Source of the DNA: Gemmatimonadaceae bacterium
GTDB lineage: Bacteria; Gemmatimonadota; Gemmatimonadetes; Gemmatimonadales; Gemmatimonadaceae
Assembly: GCA_044224875.1 (NCBI GenBank)
Contig: JBGAJQ010000042.1
Location: 1 to 48,131, forward strand
Direction of reading: 5' to 3'
DNA length: 48,131 bases
A program made the position numbers and the translations under genes. Under the pieces are notes generated by a model. That model worked only from the letters and a program-made list of their open reading frames with translations. It did no database searches and was not told the origin of the DNA. Shown in pieces: positions 9,505 through 19,571 of the stretch; positions within the stretch are counted from its first letter, which is position 1, and the number at the start of each line of letters is the position of its first letter.

Positions 9505-12500
9505 GCCGGCGCGGACACGGCCTCGCCGACTCCCGCGTCGTCCGTCAGTGCTTCGTCCACCGCCGATCCGTGCATGCGCACCGAAACGATCGACGACACG
9601 CCGGGCTCCTGCATCGTCACACCGTACACCGCGTCCGCCGCCTCGGTGGTTGTGCGAGGATTGTGTGTGATCACGATGAACTGCGTGTTCGACTTGAACT
9701 GGTTGAGCATTCGGACGAACCGTCCGATGTTGGCATCGTCGAGCGGCGCGTCGACCTCGTCCAGTAAGCAGAACGGGCTTGGCTTGGTGAGGAAGATTCC
9801 GAAGAGCAGGGACAGGGCGACCAACGCGCGCTCACCGCTCGACAGCAGGTGAATACGCTGCGTACGCTTGCCGCGCGGTGAGGCGTGGATCTCGATGTCA
9901 CAGTCGAGCGGCGTTTCGGGGTTCTCCAGGCGAAGGTCGCACTCGCCGCCACCAAACAGCGTCATGAAGATCTGCCGGAAGTTCTCGCGAACCTGCAGGA
10001 ACGTCGACATGAACATTTCGCGCGCGGTCGTGTCGATTTCACGAATCGCGAGCTGCAACTTGTTGCGGGCATCGGCGAGGTCGTTGCGCTGAGTCGTGAG
10101 GAAGTCGAGACGCTTCACCTCTTCCTCGTGCTCCTCGATGGCCAATTGGTTCACCGGTCCCAGGCGTTCCACCTCGTTGCGTAGGGTTTCGGACTCCGTG
10201 CGCAAGGAGTCCTCGTCGAGCAACACCGCCTCGAATGACGACAGCAAGTCGTCCAGCGGCCGCCGCCACTCGGTTTCCAGTCGCTCACGAATGGCCGTGC
10301 GGCGCCCCGAGAGCTCGGTGAACCGCAACTCAGCGTGGTGCAGCCCTTGCTCGCGCTCGTGCGCGGCGCGTCGAGCCGCATCCAATCCGTGTTCCGCCTC
10401 GGTGAGCGAGAGATCGCACTGGTGAACCTCCTGCTCGGCCTGACTCAAGTGCCGCTCGGCGTCGGTCAACGTGCCCACGCGTGTCGCGAGGTCAGCATGC
10501 CAATCGGACATTTGCGCCGCCAACGCGCGGTCGGATTCGTCGATCACCGACAGTTCCTCTCGCAGTCCCGCGAGGCGCGTGGCGGCGCCTGACGCCTCTT
10601 CGTCCAAGCGACGTTCGCGATCTGTCGCGACCTGAAGGCGCGCCTGTGCCTGCGCCTGTTCGACCTGACCGCTGGAGCGACGCTCTCGCGCTGCCTCCAA
10701 GTCGGCCTCCGACTGCGCCAACGCCTGCCTCAGGCGATCCGCTTCTTCCTCGCGTTCGGTCGCCGTACGCAGCAGTTCGCGCACGCCATCCTCCACATGA
10801 TCGAGCTGCCGGGCGAGGTCCGCGCGACGCGCCACGAGGCGTTCCACCAGCGCCTGCGATTCTTCCTGTTCGCGAACGTGTCGCAGCCGACGGCGTTCCA
10901 GTTCGGCGCGCTGGTCATTGACGCGACGATCCGCGTCCTGGGCGTGGCCCGCGGCGTCCGAGGCGGTCGCCACCTCTCGGTCAGCCGCCTGCAGTGCCTG
11001 GCGCGCCTGGTCGGCAGCTTCCGCGGCGGACTGACGCAGTCCGGCGGCAGCTTCGAACTCTCCGCGAAGCGCGTACAGTTCCGCGCGCCGACGAAGCGGT
11101 CCCGGGCCACCTGCGCTGCCCGGGAGCCACACGGCGCCGCGTGCGTCAACGAATGCGCCTTCGCCTAACGTCCGGACGCGACTCAAGAGGGCGCGCACCC
11201 ACTGACCAACCGGGGCCGCGGCTTCAACCGGCGCCAGTAACGACGAATCTCCTTCATCCTGGACGACGGCATCCAGCGGCAGCAGGAGTAGTGGGCCCGG
11301 GTTGGTCGCTTGGTGCCATTCACGGACCACGTGAGCAACGCCCGTGTCGCGCACCACCACGGCGTGCACGGTCATGCCAAGGAACCGCTCAACCAGCGAT
11401 GCCGCCGCACTATCTGCTGTCACAAAGTCGGACAGCGGGCCAAGGATCGCCCCTTCACCAAATCGGTCGCGCTCCCTGAGCAATCGTGCGGCAGCTGGCG
11501 CGAGTCCCACACGCTCGCGCTCCAACCCTTCCAGGGCGTTCACGCGTCCGTCAATCTGCGCGCACTGCTCCTCGAGGCGCGCCAACGCGCTCCGAGCGGC
11601 CGCTTCCTGCTCACGCGCGGCGCGCGCAGCGGCACGCGCCGTCTCCAGCGTATGCACGGCAATCGCGATCTGACCTCGGGAGATCTCGATGGCTTCGTCA
11701 GCCGCAACGATCTCCCGGGCCACCACCTGTTCGGCGTCGGCGATCGATCGCTGCTCGACCTCGATCAGGCCAAGGCGTTCGCCGATCTCCACCGTCTCGC
11801 GCTGGGCGCGCTCGCGGTCGAGTTCCAGGGAACGCGCCTGGTCGCGGATGTCGCGGGCGGCCTTTTCGGCGACTTCCACCGCGCGTCGCGCCTCACCCAT
11901 GGTCTCGCGCGCGATTTCCTCGCCGCGCGCCTGCTCCAGCAGAAGCGATTCCACGCGGGCCAGCTCCTGTTCGAGCTGCACGCGCTCGTTGTTGGCGCGG
12001 GTCCGGTCATCGCGCAAACGCTCCTCGTACGCCTCGCCCTCGCGGCGTTCCTCATCGGCACGCTGCCGCCGCGCTTCAGCGTTTCGGTGTCGTTCCTCGG
12101 CTACCGCGATCTCGGCGCGCAGTTCCTGCACGGACACCTGGTGCACGGATACCAAACGTCCCAGCTCATTGCGCTTGGCCTCGGCGGCGGCGCGTGCCTC
12201 GTGCGCCCGGTCGCGCGCCGCGGCGGCTTCCGTGGTGCGCGTTTCGTCCAGCGGTACCGATTCGCGAAGCTCAGCCAACCGCTGCTCGAGCGTTCCCAGT
12301 TCGGTGTGCCACGACTCCATCTCGCGCGAGGCCAGCGTCAGGTCGACGGAAAAACGACGGGACATCAGTTCCGTGTGACGCTCGGCCTTCTTACGCTGCC
12401 GGGCCAGCGATCTCACTTGACTCTGGACTTCGTTGATAAGGTCGTCCAGCCTGGACAGGTCCTGCGTGGTCTCTTCCAAACGGCGCTCGGTGCTCCGGCG

Positions 12501-13019
12501 CCGGTCCCGGTACAGGCTTACTCCGGCGGCTTCCTCGAACAGTTCGCGGCGATCGTCCGGCCGGTCGGAGAGGAGCGCGTCGATCATCTTGGACTCAATG
12601 ACGACGCCAGAGTCCGCGCCTAGCCCCGTCCCGCGGACCATGTCGTGAATGTCGCGAAGGCGACAGACGGAACCGTTCAGCAGGTACTCGCTCTCGCCGG
12701 ACCGCGACAACCGTCGTGTGATCACGACCTCGCGGAACGGTACAGGCAGGGAACCGTCGTCATTCTCGAAGAACAGGGAGACTTCGGCCACATTGACCGC
12801 CCGACGCGCGGAAGAGCCCTGGAAGATGACCTCTTCCATCTTGGCTCCTCGCAGCATGCGAGCTCGCTGCTCGCCGAGGACCCAACGGACCGCGTCCGAG
12901 ACATTGGACTTCCCGCACCCATTCGGTCCGACAATGGCGGTGACGCCCTTGTCGAAGCGCATCTTGGTCTGATCGGCGAAGGACTTGAATCCCTGGAGTT
13001 CAAGTTTGGTCAAACGCAC
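9501..13019 (-). CDS. smc: Chromosome segregation protein SMC
   Basis: GFKSFA, Walker A GPNGCGKSN, long coiled coils, central hinge, LSSGE signature, LLDEVDAPLD, ITHN. Confidence 0.97.
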   Translation of the reverse strand: MRLTKLELQGFKSFADQTKMRFDKGVTAIVGPNGCGKSNVSDAVRWVLGEQRARMLRGAKMEEVIFQGSSARRAVNVAEVSLFFENDDGSLPVPFREVVITRRLSRSGESEYLLNGSVCRLRDIHDMVRGTGLGADSGVVIESKMIDALLSDRPDDRRELFEEAAGVSLYRDRRRSTERRLEETTQDLSRLDDLINEVQSQVRSLARQRKKAERHTELMSRRFSVDLTLASREMESWHTELGTLEQRLAELRESVPLDETRTTEAAAARDRAHEARAAAEAKRNELGRLVSVHQVSVQELRAEIAVAEERHRNAEARRQRADEERREGEAYEERLRDDRTRANNERVQLEQELARVESLLLEQARGEEIARETMGEARRAVEVAEKAARDIRDQARSLELDRERAQRETVEIGERLGLIEVEQRSIADAEQVVAREIVAADEAIEISRGQIAIAVHTLETARAAARAAREQEAAARSALARLEEQCAQIDGRVNALEGLERERVGLAPAAARLLRERDRFGEGAILGPLSDFVTADSAAASLVERFLGMTVHAVVVRDTGVAHVVREWHQATNPGPLLLLPLDAVVQDEGDSSLLAPVEAAAPVGQWVRALLSRVRTLGEGAFVDARGAVWLPGSAGGPGPLRRRAELYALRGEFEAAAGLRQSAAEAADQARQALQAADREVATASDAAGHAQDADRRVNDQRAELERRRLRHVREQEESQALVERLVARRADLARQLDHVEDGVRELLRTATEREEEADRLRQALAQSEADLEAARERRSSGQVEQAQAQARLQVATDRERRLDEEASGAATRLAGLREELSVIDESDRALAAQMSDWHADLATRVGTLTDAERHLSQAEQEVHQCDLSLTEAEHGLDAARRAAHEREQGLHHAELRFTELSGRRTAIRERLETEWRRPLDDLLSSFEAVLLDEDSLRTESETLRNEVERLGPVNQLAIEEHEEEVKRLDFLTTQRNDLADARNKLQLAIREIDTTAREMFMSTFLQVRENFRQIFMTLFGGGECDLRLENPETPLDCDIEIHASPRGKRTQRIHLLSSGERALVALSLLFGIFLTKPSPFCLLDEVDAPLDDANIGRFVRMLNQFKSNTQFIVITHNPRTTTEAADAVYGVTMQEPGVSSIVSVRMHGSAVDEALTDDAGVGEAVSAPA

Positions 13020-14237
13020 CTAAAAGACGCTCCCGACCCTCTTCACGATGGTCGTCTGAAGGTTCAAGCTGTCCAGCGAGGCCTTGAGCGGTAGGGCCGC
13101 GGCTTCACTGTCGAATGCTCCGACATACAAGCGCGCCCGGCCCGGCCGAAGGAGCAGCGCGTACGCTGGGAGATTCCCAAGGTGCATCTCCCGAATCCGG
13201 CGCACTGCATCGGCCTCCGACACACTGTCGGAGAGGAGCAAGGCGTATGGGGTCGCGATCACTCGACCACTACCCGCCGGCACCTTGCCCAACTGGCGAA
13301 GCGCGACCAGGACCGAGTCCGCCGCTACGCTGTCTGGAAAGGCGCCGACCACTACGCGATACCACCACGCGCCGCCCTGCGTGGGAAGCGTAGGAGAGTA
13401 CGTCGCCGACGGCATGGAGTCCACTACTTGCGCGACGCGCAGCATGGCTCCCTGCGTGCTGTTCACGCTCGCCAGCAGAATGGTCCAATCGGCGTTTGGC
13501 GATCCTGCCACCGCCAGGTCGCCGCCGACGATATTCGCATTTCGCGCGGACTCCTTGGCCATGGCGGCAATGCGCCGCGGGCCCAGGCCACTCGACCAGG
13601 GTCGCAGGTACCAGATGGCCCCACCGAGGACCGTCAGGATCACCACGCCTAACGCGACAAAGAACACCCGCGAACGCGGTGGTTCCGTGACCTCGATGCG
13701 TGTTCGGGCAATCGCCGGCGTGCGACGCATCGTGTGCGGGTACTGCGCGGACAGGCGAATGTCCGCCAGCGTCGGCACGTTCGTCGATGGCACCGCAGCG
13801 CCTCGTACGATCACCAGGCCGTCCAGCTGGTCCAGCAGGCGTTCGGCAGAGGGCACCAGCGCCGGCGCGACGATCAGCATCAAGGCGCCTGCATCCCGAA
13901 AATCGTGCGCAAAGTTCTTCCATCGCGGGTGCAACAGGAAATACGGATTCAGCGGCGTCTCGATGCCGGCAGGCACAACGAACAGGTTGGGCTGTTCGCG
14001 GATCGGCACCGCCGCCCGACGCAGGGAGACGCCGTACTCCAGGATATCCGTTATCCCCGGGGCCTCCGGATCACCCACCAGTCGCGCCAGGTCGCTATGC
14101 TCACCCAAGAGATCGATGAGCACGACCCGGCGGTGCATGGCTTGCGCCCGAGCCACGCCGATGGCCGCCGCCGCCGTGGCAACCGGGTCGTCCCCCAGCA
14201 CCGCGACCGCGCTCGCGTGGTCGACCGCGCCGGCCAT
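13020..14237 (-). CDS. Membrane protein with a degenerate MinD/CpsD-like N-terminal domain, one TM helix and tandem SPOR-like domains
   Basis: RRVVLIDL..APGITDIL..NLFVVPAG in the N-domain; TM VFFVALGVVILTVLGGAIWYL; SPOR-like WYRVVVGAF and ARLYVGAF. The frame is open upstream to CTG 14294. Confidence 0.7.
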   Translation of the reverse strand: MAGAVDHASAVAVLGDDPVATAAAAIGVARAQAMHRRVVLIDLLGEHSDLARLVGDPEAPGITDILEYGVSLRRAAVPIREQPNLFVVPAGIETPLNPYFLLHPRWKNFAHDFRDAGALMLIVAPALVPSAERLLDQLDGLVIVRGAAVPSTNVPTLADIRLSAQYPHTMRRTPAIARTRIEVTEPPRSRVFFVALGVVILTVLGGAIWYLRPWSSGLGPRRIAAMAKESARNANIVGGDLAVAGSPNADWTILLASVNSTQGAMLRVAQVVDSMPSATYSPTLPTQGGAWWYRVVVGAFPDSVAADSVLVALRQLGKVPAGSGRVIATPYALLLSDSVSEADAVRRIREMHLGNLPAYALLLRPGRARLYVGAFDSEAAALPLKASLDSLNLQTTIVKRVGSVF

Positions 14238-14290
14238 GCGTCGGCCGGCCGACTCCCAAACGGTGGCGAAGTCCGATACGCTCGGCGCGC

Positions 14291-15817
14291 TCAGGGGAGG
14301 CCCTCGATGATCCAGTAGGAATGGCCAGAGGCCTTTCCGACGCGTTCCGCATCTGCCCGCGTGGGATACGGGCCCATAACCACTCGATAGACGGGAGTGG
14401 CGTCCGAGCGCGACACGCTCACGCGCGCGTTCGCTCCATCGACTCGAATCTGTTGCGACAATTCACGCGCTCGATCCTCCGACAGAACAGCCGCGAAGGA
14501 AACGGTCCAGCCGCCACGCTCACGCACCGGCTCACGGGCCGGCTCAGTTGGCCGACTCGGCGTTTCGGCCTGCGGGCGAGGGGGTGGAGTGTTGACCGTG
14601 CTATCCGGCGCGCGCGCAACTGAATCCGGATGCGCCGGGTCCATGGTCTGGGGCACCTCCTCTGTCTGGAAGGTCACGGCACGATCGAGTCCCTTGGCGC
14701 GTGGCCGCAGACCGTTCCACAGCATGGCGTACCAGTAATCGCTAGCCCCGCCCTCGGCACGCACGACCGACTTTCGGGACACGGGGTCCACGAAATCCAC
14801 GTCGGCGCCACGCAGCGTCCCGATCGCTCCGTCAGGCGCAACCATGGGGAGGTCTTCGCGCCACGTCGTGCGCACAGTGCCGATCAGTTCATTGGTCGCA
14901 ATGGCCACCACCCAGGCCGAGTCGCCCGCCATCGGTCGCACCAGCAGGTATCGGCCGAGCGGGTCCATACGAAGTTCGGTGACGAACCCGTGCACGCGCA
15001 CATGATCGGAGACCTTCCCGGCATAGCGGTCGACGACGTCGAGCGATTTTTCGCCCTTCGTCGCCAGATAGATCCTGTCACCACTTGGCGTTGGTGCGAT
15101 CGACAGGATTTCGTCCGATGCCTTCACCCGTGTGGGCGAAGCAAAGTTGGCCAGCGGAACTCCAACGAGTTCGCGACCGATGGCGAGGTAGACGCGATCG
15201 CCGAGCGCGGTTCCCGTCCCGCGCTGTGGCAGGTCGACGGCGATGGAGTCCGTGGATCCTTCGTTCGGCGGGTTGTAACGCACAAGCCGAGCCTTCTTGC
15301 GGCCTCCCCCCAGGTCCGTGAGGACAGCCAGCGAACCGTCGGGCTGAGGAAAGATCCGCTTGATGCGAGAACCCGACGCGACCGCCTCCGTCCAGTCGCC
15401 GGTGGTCGTCAGCCGCACCAGTTGATCGGACTCGGTGACTCCAAAGATCGACGACCCTTCCGCCGACGAGGCGAGGCCTAACGATTTCTGCCCCGCGCGC
15501 CGCACGTCGCCCAGCCGCAGGTCAATCCATCCGGGGACACCCTGCGAGTCCGCAAAGGCGATCACGCCATCTTCGGCGTCGAAGGCCAGCACGCTCCCGA
15601 ACTCGGGTGCGCTTCCCACGGAGCGCCAAGCCAGTGAGTCGAGGGCAGGATAGCGGTACGCGCGTACTGGGCCGCCTGAGAGCGGAATGCGCAGGACGAT
15701 CGGGTCCGGGCTTCCCGCCGGCAGTCGCACTCCGCTCTCGGCGTCGCGGCCGCCCGACCCCGAGCACGCCGCAACCCCTGCCGCGATGGCTAGCAGCGCC
15801 GCAATTCGTCTACGCAC
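14291..15817 (-). CDS. Lipoprotein with a beta-propeller-like domain and a C-terminal SPOR domain
   Basis: Lipobox VAAC; propeller-like repeats; Pro-rich linker; GWTVSFAA...VYRVVMGPYPTRADAE. Confidence 0.8.
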   Translation of the reverse strand: MRRRIAALLAIAAGVAACSGSGGRDAESGVRLPAGSPDPIVLRIPLSGGPVRAYRYPALDSLAWRSVGSAPEFGSVLAFDAEDGVIAFADSQGVPGWIDLRLGDVRRAGQKSLGLASSAEGSSIFGVTESDQLVRLTTTGDWTEAVASGSRIKRIFPQPDGSLAVLTDLGGGRKKARLVRYNPPNEGSTDSIAVDLPQRGTGTALGDRVYLAIGRELVGVPLANFASPTRVKASDEILSIAPTPSGDRIYLATKGEKSLDVVDRYAGKVSDHVRVHGFVTELRMDPLGRYLLVRPMAGDSAWVVAIATNELIGTVRTTWREDLPMVAPDGAIGTLRGADVDFVDPVSRKSVVRAEGGASDYWYAMLWNGLRPRAKGLDRAVTFQTEEVPQTMDPAHPDSVARAPDSTVNTPPPRPQAETPSRPTEPAREPVRERGGWTVSFAAVLSEDRARELSQQIRVDGANARVSVSRSDATPVYRVVMGPYPTRADAERVGKASGHSYWIIEGLP

Positions 15818-15868
15818 GGCACAAAGCTACCCGACAGCCTGTACGCATGACAGACCACTGTACATCAC

Positions 15869-15900
15869 AAAAAACGGGCGCCGATTTCACTCGGCGCCCG
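15869..15900 (-). terminator. Rho-independent terminator after the Omp85-family gene
   Basis: 10-bp perfect stem (cgggcgccga 15875-15884 / tcggcgcccg 15891-15900) followed by T6 on the minus strand. Confidence 0.85.
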
Positions 15901-15924
15901 CTCTCGTTCGTGAGGCTGTTGCGG

Positions 15925-18900
15925 CTAGAAACTGGGTCCGAGGGAGAACTGCCAGTAGCCCTTGCGTGGCGACCGGTCCAGTGGAATGGCGTAGTCCCAT
16001 CGGAGCAACGCGAAGCCAAACAGGTTGAGCCGTAACCCCGCTCCGTAGGAGCGCAGCACGTAGCGCTGCGTGGCGTCGTCATAGTTATCGGGCTTCTTGA
16101 GGCTCGCGCTTTGACCCTTGCTCCACGCCAACCCGGCGTCGTAGAAGACCAGGCCGTCGAGCGGTGGCAGGGAGATGGGGAGCAACCCCAGATCAAACCG
16201 GCGGATAAGTGGGAAGCGCACCTCGGCATTTGCCACGGCAACGCGACTGCCCAGAAGCTCGGTCACGGAGCAGGAAGACTGTTGTGAGGCAATCCCGCCG
16301 CAGTAGTAGGACTGGAACTGCTCGCGATCGTAGCCGCGGACAAAGTCCGGTCGGCCGATGTACTTGGGGAATTTGTCCTCGTCGCGGCCGATGCCAATGC
16401 TGGCCTGTCCGCGCACCGCCACCGTGAGGAAGTTGAAGAGCACCGGGAAGTAGCGGCGCGCGTCCGCCGAATACTCGGTCCACCGCAAGCCACCGATTGC
16501 CGGCTGAACCTGGAAGCGGTACCGGTGCCCGGAGATTGGCCCGGTATAGCCGAACAGGGAATTGTCGGACACCCACGCGGCGTATGGCGCCACGTAGTTG
16601 AAGCCGGGCAGGGCCACTACGCTGTCCGTGAAGAAGTCGGTGGCGTAGCCGTTCCCGTAGTCGACACCGCGCTTGATGTATGCGATGTCCCGGTGGACGT
16701 TGGTGGCGTTCAGGCCCGTCTCAAACCGGTTGAACCGGTTGGACGGTCGCATGCCGATGGCAAACGCCTCACGAATGATGTAGCGCGCCAGCTGCAACGT
16801 TTGGATCGTCCGCGCCGTGCCGTCGCCCAGGTACTGCTCATCGTAGCCCTGGACAAAGAAGATCGGCGTTTGCTGGAAGCCTGCCGTGTACTGGAAGCGG
16901 CTGGCGAGGTTTGTGTACGCGCCCAGGAAGTAGGCTTCGCTGAAGCGTCCGTTGACCTGACCCGCCACCGTCACGCGATTGTTGCCGAGCATGTCGCTCA
17001 GGACAATCCCTGCGCCTCCGTACAACCCGCGGCCGAAGTTGTCTTGCGCGTATCCGATGCTCGGGCGATAGATGGCTTCCGGCTGGAAACTCACCGAGTA
17101 GTCGTAGTTCTTGAACTTGCCGGTGTCCGGCAAGGCGAGCGCGGCGGAGTCCAGCATTTGCGCCACGGTGACGGGGGCGTTGCCCGAGCGCTCTGCACTC
17201 GTTGGGACGTCCGCCGACGGCCGGAGGCCGGTGGCAGAACGGTACAGAGAAACCGTTCGACCTGACGCGTCGCGTGTGGAGTCGGCGTTGCGTGTTGCCT
17301 TCTCGATCGCCGCCAGCATGTCGGCGGTGCGCGCCTGCTGGGCCACCCGTGCCGAGGAATCCACCTTGGTCAGGCGAGGCACGTTGGCGTCGGCCACGAC
17401 GACCGGCTTCGGAACGTACGGGTCCTTCTTGAGCTTCCGAGGGTTCGCCACCGACCATACCGTGTAGTCGCCCGACTCGTAGTACGTGAACGCCATGCGA
17501 TCGGCCTGTCGCGCCCACGAGATCGCCGGGCTGTACTCCGTAAAAGCGCCCACCGTGCCGATGACGTTCGTCAGCTGGTAGTTCTGCTTGGCGTCCGTGT
17601 CATAGAGGAACACGTTGGCGATGCCGGTGCGGTCGGAGATGTAGGCAATGGACTTGCCGTCCGGCGCCCACTGTGGATTCAGGTTCAACCCGTCCTGCCC
17701 TGGCAACACATCGATTTGCGAGTTGTCGAGGTGCATGACGGCAATGCGCCAGAGACTGAATCGCAGCGCATCGAAGTCCGTGTCGCCGCCACGGTCCGTC
17801 GCGAAGGCGATGGACTTTCCATCGGGAGACCACTGCGGCTGCAACTCGGCGTACTTGTCGTTGGTGAGACGGTGTCCCTTACCCGAGGCCAGATCGATGA
17901 TCCACAGGTCCGTGAGTCCTGTTTGCGATCCGCTCACGGCGATTTGCTTGCCGTCCGGACTCCAGGTCGGCGACGTCACGTACTCGAGGCCAATGTCGAT
18001 GCGGCGCGGAGAACCACCCCTGAGATTCATCACGTACAGGACGTCCTTCCCGTCGCGCTGCGCCGTGAAGGCGATCTGCTTCCCGTCAGGGGAGAAGGAG
18101 CTCTGCGAGTAGATCAGCCGCAACTCCTCGAAGTCCGCCGATGTGGCGCTCTTTACCAGGCGCTTGATGCGCTTGCCGGTCTCGCCGTCGCCCAGCCACA
18201 GGTCGGGAAACACTTCGCCGCGCAGGAAGGAACCAAGGGAAATGAACGCGATGTGCTTCCCGTCCGGCGACAGACTCGGGGCCACGAAGAGCTGTGCGAA
18301 CCCGCCGGACTTGCGCTGGTTCAACAACGGTTCTGCGAACTTTCTGGCGCGGTCCAGGTTCGCCACCTGCGGCAGGTGCTTCACCTGCATCGCCTCGCGC
18401 CATTCGTCGGAGAGCTCTTCCAGTGAGAGCCCGAGTTCACGCTTGAACGACCGCTCGATGCCCACATTTGGCGTCGAGTTGAGGATCTCGGAGATCACCT
18501 CGTCGCCCCAGCGGGACCCGATGTACTCCCAGAGCGCTTCGCCGTAGCGGTACGGGAAATACCGCTCGGGCTCGTTCGTCATCTGCAGGATCGTCGGCAG
18601 GTTGCCGTTCAGCGCCGCATCCCGCACCCACGACTGCGTCAGGATGTGATTCGGGCCTAACGAGAGATACTCCGCCATTCCCTCCATGAACCACAGTGGC
18701 GGTTGAACCTGCTGCAACGTCTGCAGTCCATTCCCCGCGCGACCGCGCGCAAAAATGTCGTACTGGAACGCGTGCGTGAGCTCGTGCGCCAGCACGTGCT
18801 CGAACGACTTGTAGTCGCCTGTGAACGGCAACAGGATGCGGTGGCGCAACGCCTCGGTCACACCCCCCGTCCCCTCGCCCAAGTCGCCCGTTACGTTGTT

Positions 18901-19188
18901 CTGGCCAAAATCGCCCCGCGACCGATACAAGATCAGCGGCTTCTTTTCGCGAAACTGGTGATTCAGGAGCCGCGACAGCCGGGCGTAGGACCGTTCCGCC
19001 ATGCGCGCCGCATCGGTCACGGCCTCGCGCTCTTCGGGATAGTAGTGGACCAGAAAGTGGTCCGTCTCCATCACCTTCCAGCGAAACTTGTCGAACTGGA
19101 CCTGGTTCTGGCCGAAGTACATCTGGCCCTGCGCCGGCCGGCCAACAAACAGCAACGCGAGCAACAGCGCCGCACCAAGCTTTTTCAT
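15925..19188 (-). CDS. Omp85/BamA-TamA family outer-membrane protein with an N-terminal zinc-peptidase (MA-like) domain and PD40/TolB-like repeats
   Basis: Signal peptide; HELTH + EGMAEY gluzincin motifs; repeated S/APDGK..A PD40 units; VRGY loop and terminal-Phe barrel signal (WQFSLGPSF). Confidence 0.85.
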   Translation of the reverse strand: MKKLGAALLLALLFVGRPAQGQMYFGQNQVQFDKFRWKVMETDHFLVHYYPEEREAVTDAARMAERSYARLSRLLNHQFREKKPLILYRSRGDFGQNNVTGDLGEGTGGVTEALRHRILLPFTGDYKSFEHVLAHELTHAFQYDIFARGRAGNGLQTLQQVQPPLWFMEGMAEYLSLGPNHILTQSWVRDAALNGNLPTILQMTNEPERYFPYRYGEALWEYIGSRWGDEVISEILNSTPNVGIERSFKRELGLSLEELSDEWREAMQVKHLPQVANLDRARKFAEPLLNQRKSGGFAQLFVAPSLSPDGKHIAFISLGSFLRGEVFPDLWLGDGETGKRIKRLVKSATSADFEELRLIYSQSSFSPDGKQIAFTAQRDGKDVLYVMNLRGGSPRRIDIGLEYVTSPTWSPDGKQIAVSGSQTGLTDLWIIDLASGKGHRLTNDKYAELQPQWSPDGKSIAFATDRGGDTDFDALRFSLWRIAVMHLDNSQIDVLPGQDGLNLNPQWAPDGKSIAYISDRTGIANVFLYDTDAKQNYQLTNVIGTVGAFTEYSPAISWARQADRMAFTYYESGDYTVWSVANPRKLKKDPYVPKPVVVADANVPRLTKVDSSARVAQQARTADMLAAIEKATRNADSTRDASGRTVSLYRSATGLRPSADVPTSAERSGNAPVTVAQMLDSAALALPDTGKFKNYDYSVSFQPEAIYRPSIGYAQDNFGRGLYGGAGIVLSDMLGNNRVTVAGQVNGRFSEAYFLGAYTNLASRFQYTAGFQQTPIFFVQGYDEQYLGDGTARTIQTLQLARYIIREAFAIGMRPSNRFNRFETGLNATNVHRDIAYIKRGVDYGNGYATDFFTDSVVALPGFNYVAPYAAWVSDNSLFGYTGPISGHRYRFQVQPAIGGLRWTEYSADARRYFPVLFNFLTVAVRGQASIGIGRDEDKFPKYIGRPDFVRGYDREQFQSYYCGGIASQQSSCSVTELLGSRVAVANAEVRFPLIRRFDLGLLPISLPPLDGLVFYDAGLAWSKGQSASLKKPDNYDDATQRYVLRSYGAGLRLNLFGFALLRWDYAIPLDRSPRKGYWQFSLGPSF

Positions 19189-19571
19189 GCCCTGGCTCCT
19201 TCCTGCGTGAGCGGAACGGGAGTGGCATCACCCCACAATCGCTCGAGTTGGTAAAAACTGCGCAGCATCGGGTGAAACACGTGGACTACCACGTCGACAA
19301 AGTCCACCAGCACCCAGCGCCCTTGCGGCAGTCCCTCCACATGATACGCCGGGCTGCCGTCTTTCTTCAGCTCTTCTGCTACGTGCTCCGCGATCGATCG
19401 GACGTGCGTGTCGGACGTTCCGCTGGCGATCACGAAGTAGTCGGTCATGTCCGACACCCCACGAAGACCCAGAATCACCACATCGTTCGCCTTCAAATCC
19501 AAACACAGGGCGGCCGCTCGTTGAGCAAGCTCGGCACTCGGTCGGTCCGGTCGGTTTTTCGGAGACGGCAT
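19185..19571 (-). CDS. rsfS: Ribosome silencing factor RsfS
   Basis: DLKANDV, DYFVIASGTSDTHVRSIA, EG...WVLVDFVDVVVHVF..R.FYQLERLW. Start at ATG 19571 (alternative 19619). Confidence 0.93.
   Translation of the reverse strand: MPSPKNRPDRPSAELAQRAAALCLDLKANDVVILGLRGVSDMTDYFVIASGTSDTHVRSIAEHVAEELKKDGSPAYHVEGLPQGRWVLVDFVDVVVHVFHPMLRSFYQLERLWGDATPVPLTQEGARA

Noticed and set aside
11310..12623. 437-aa plus-strand ORF, and similar long ORFs at 13084-14310, 34809-36173, 36192-37397, 40636-41826, 24941-25930 and 26040-27032
   Set aside because: These are antisense shadows of well-supported genes. Stop codons are scarce in high-GC DNA and the ORFs have no recognisable motifs.
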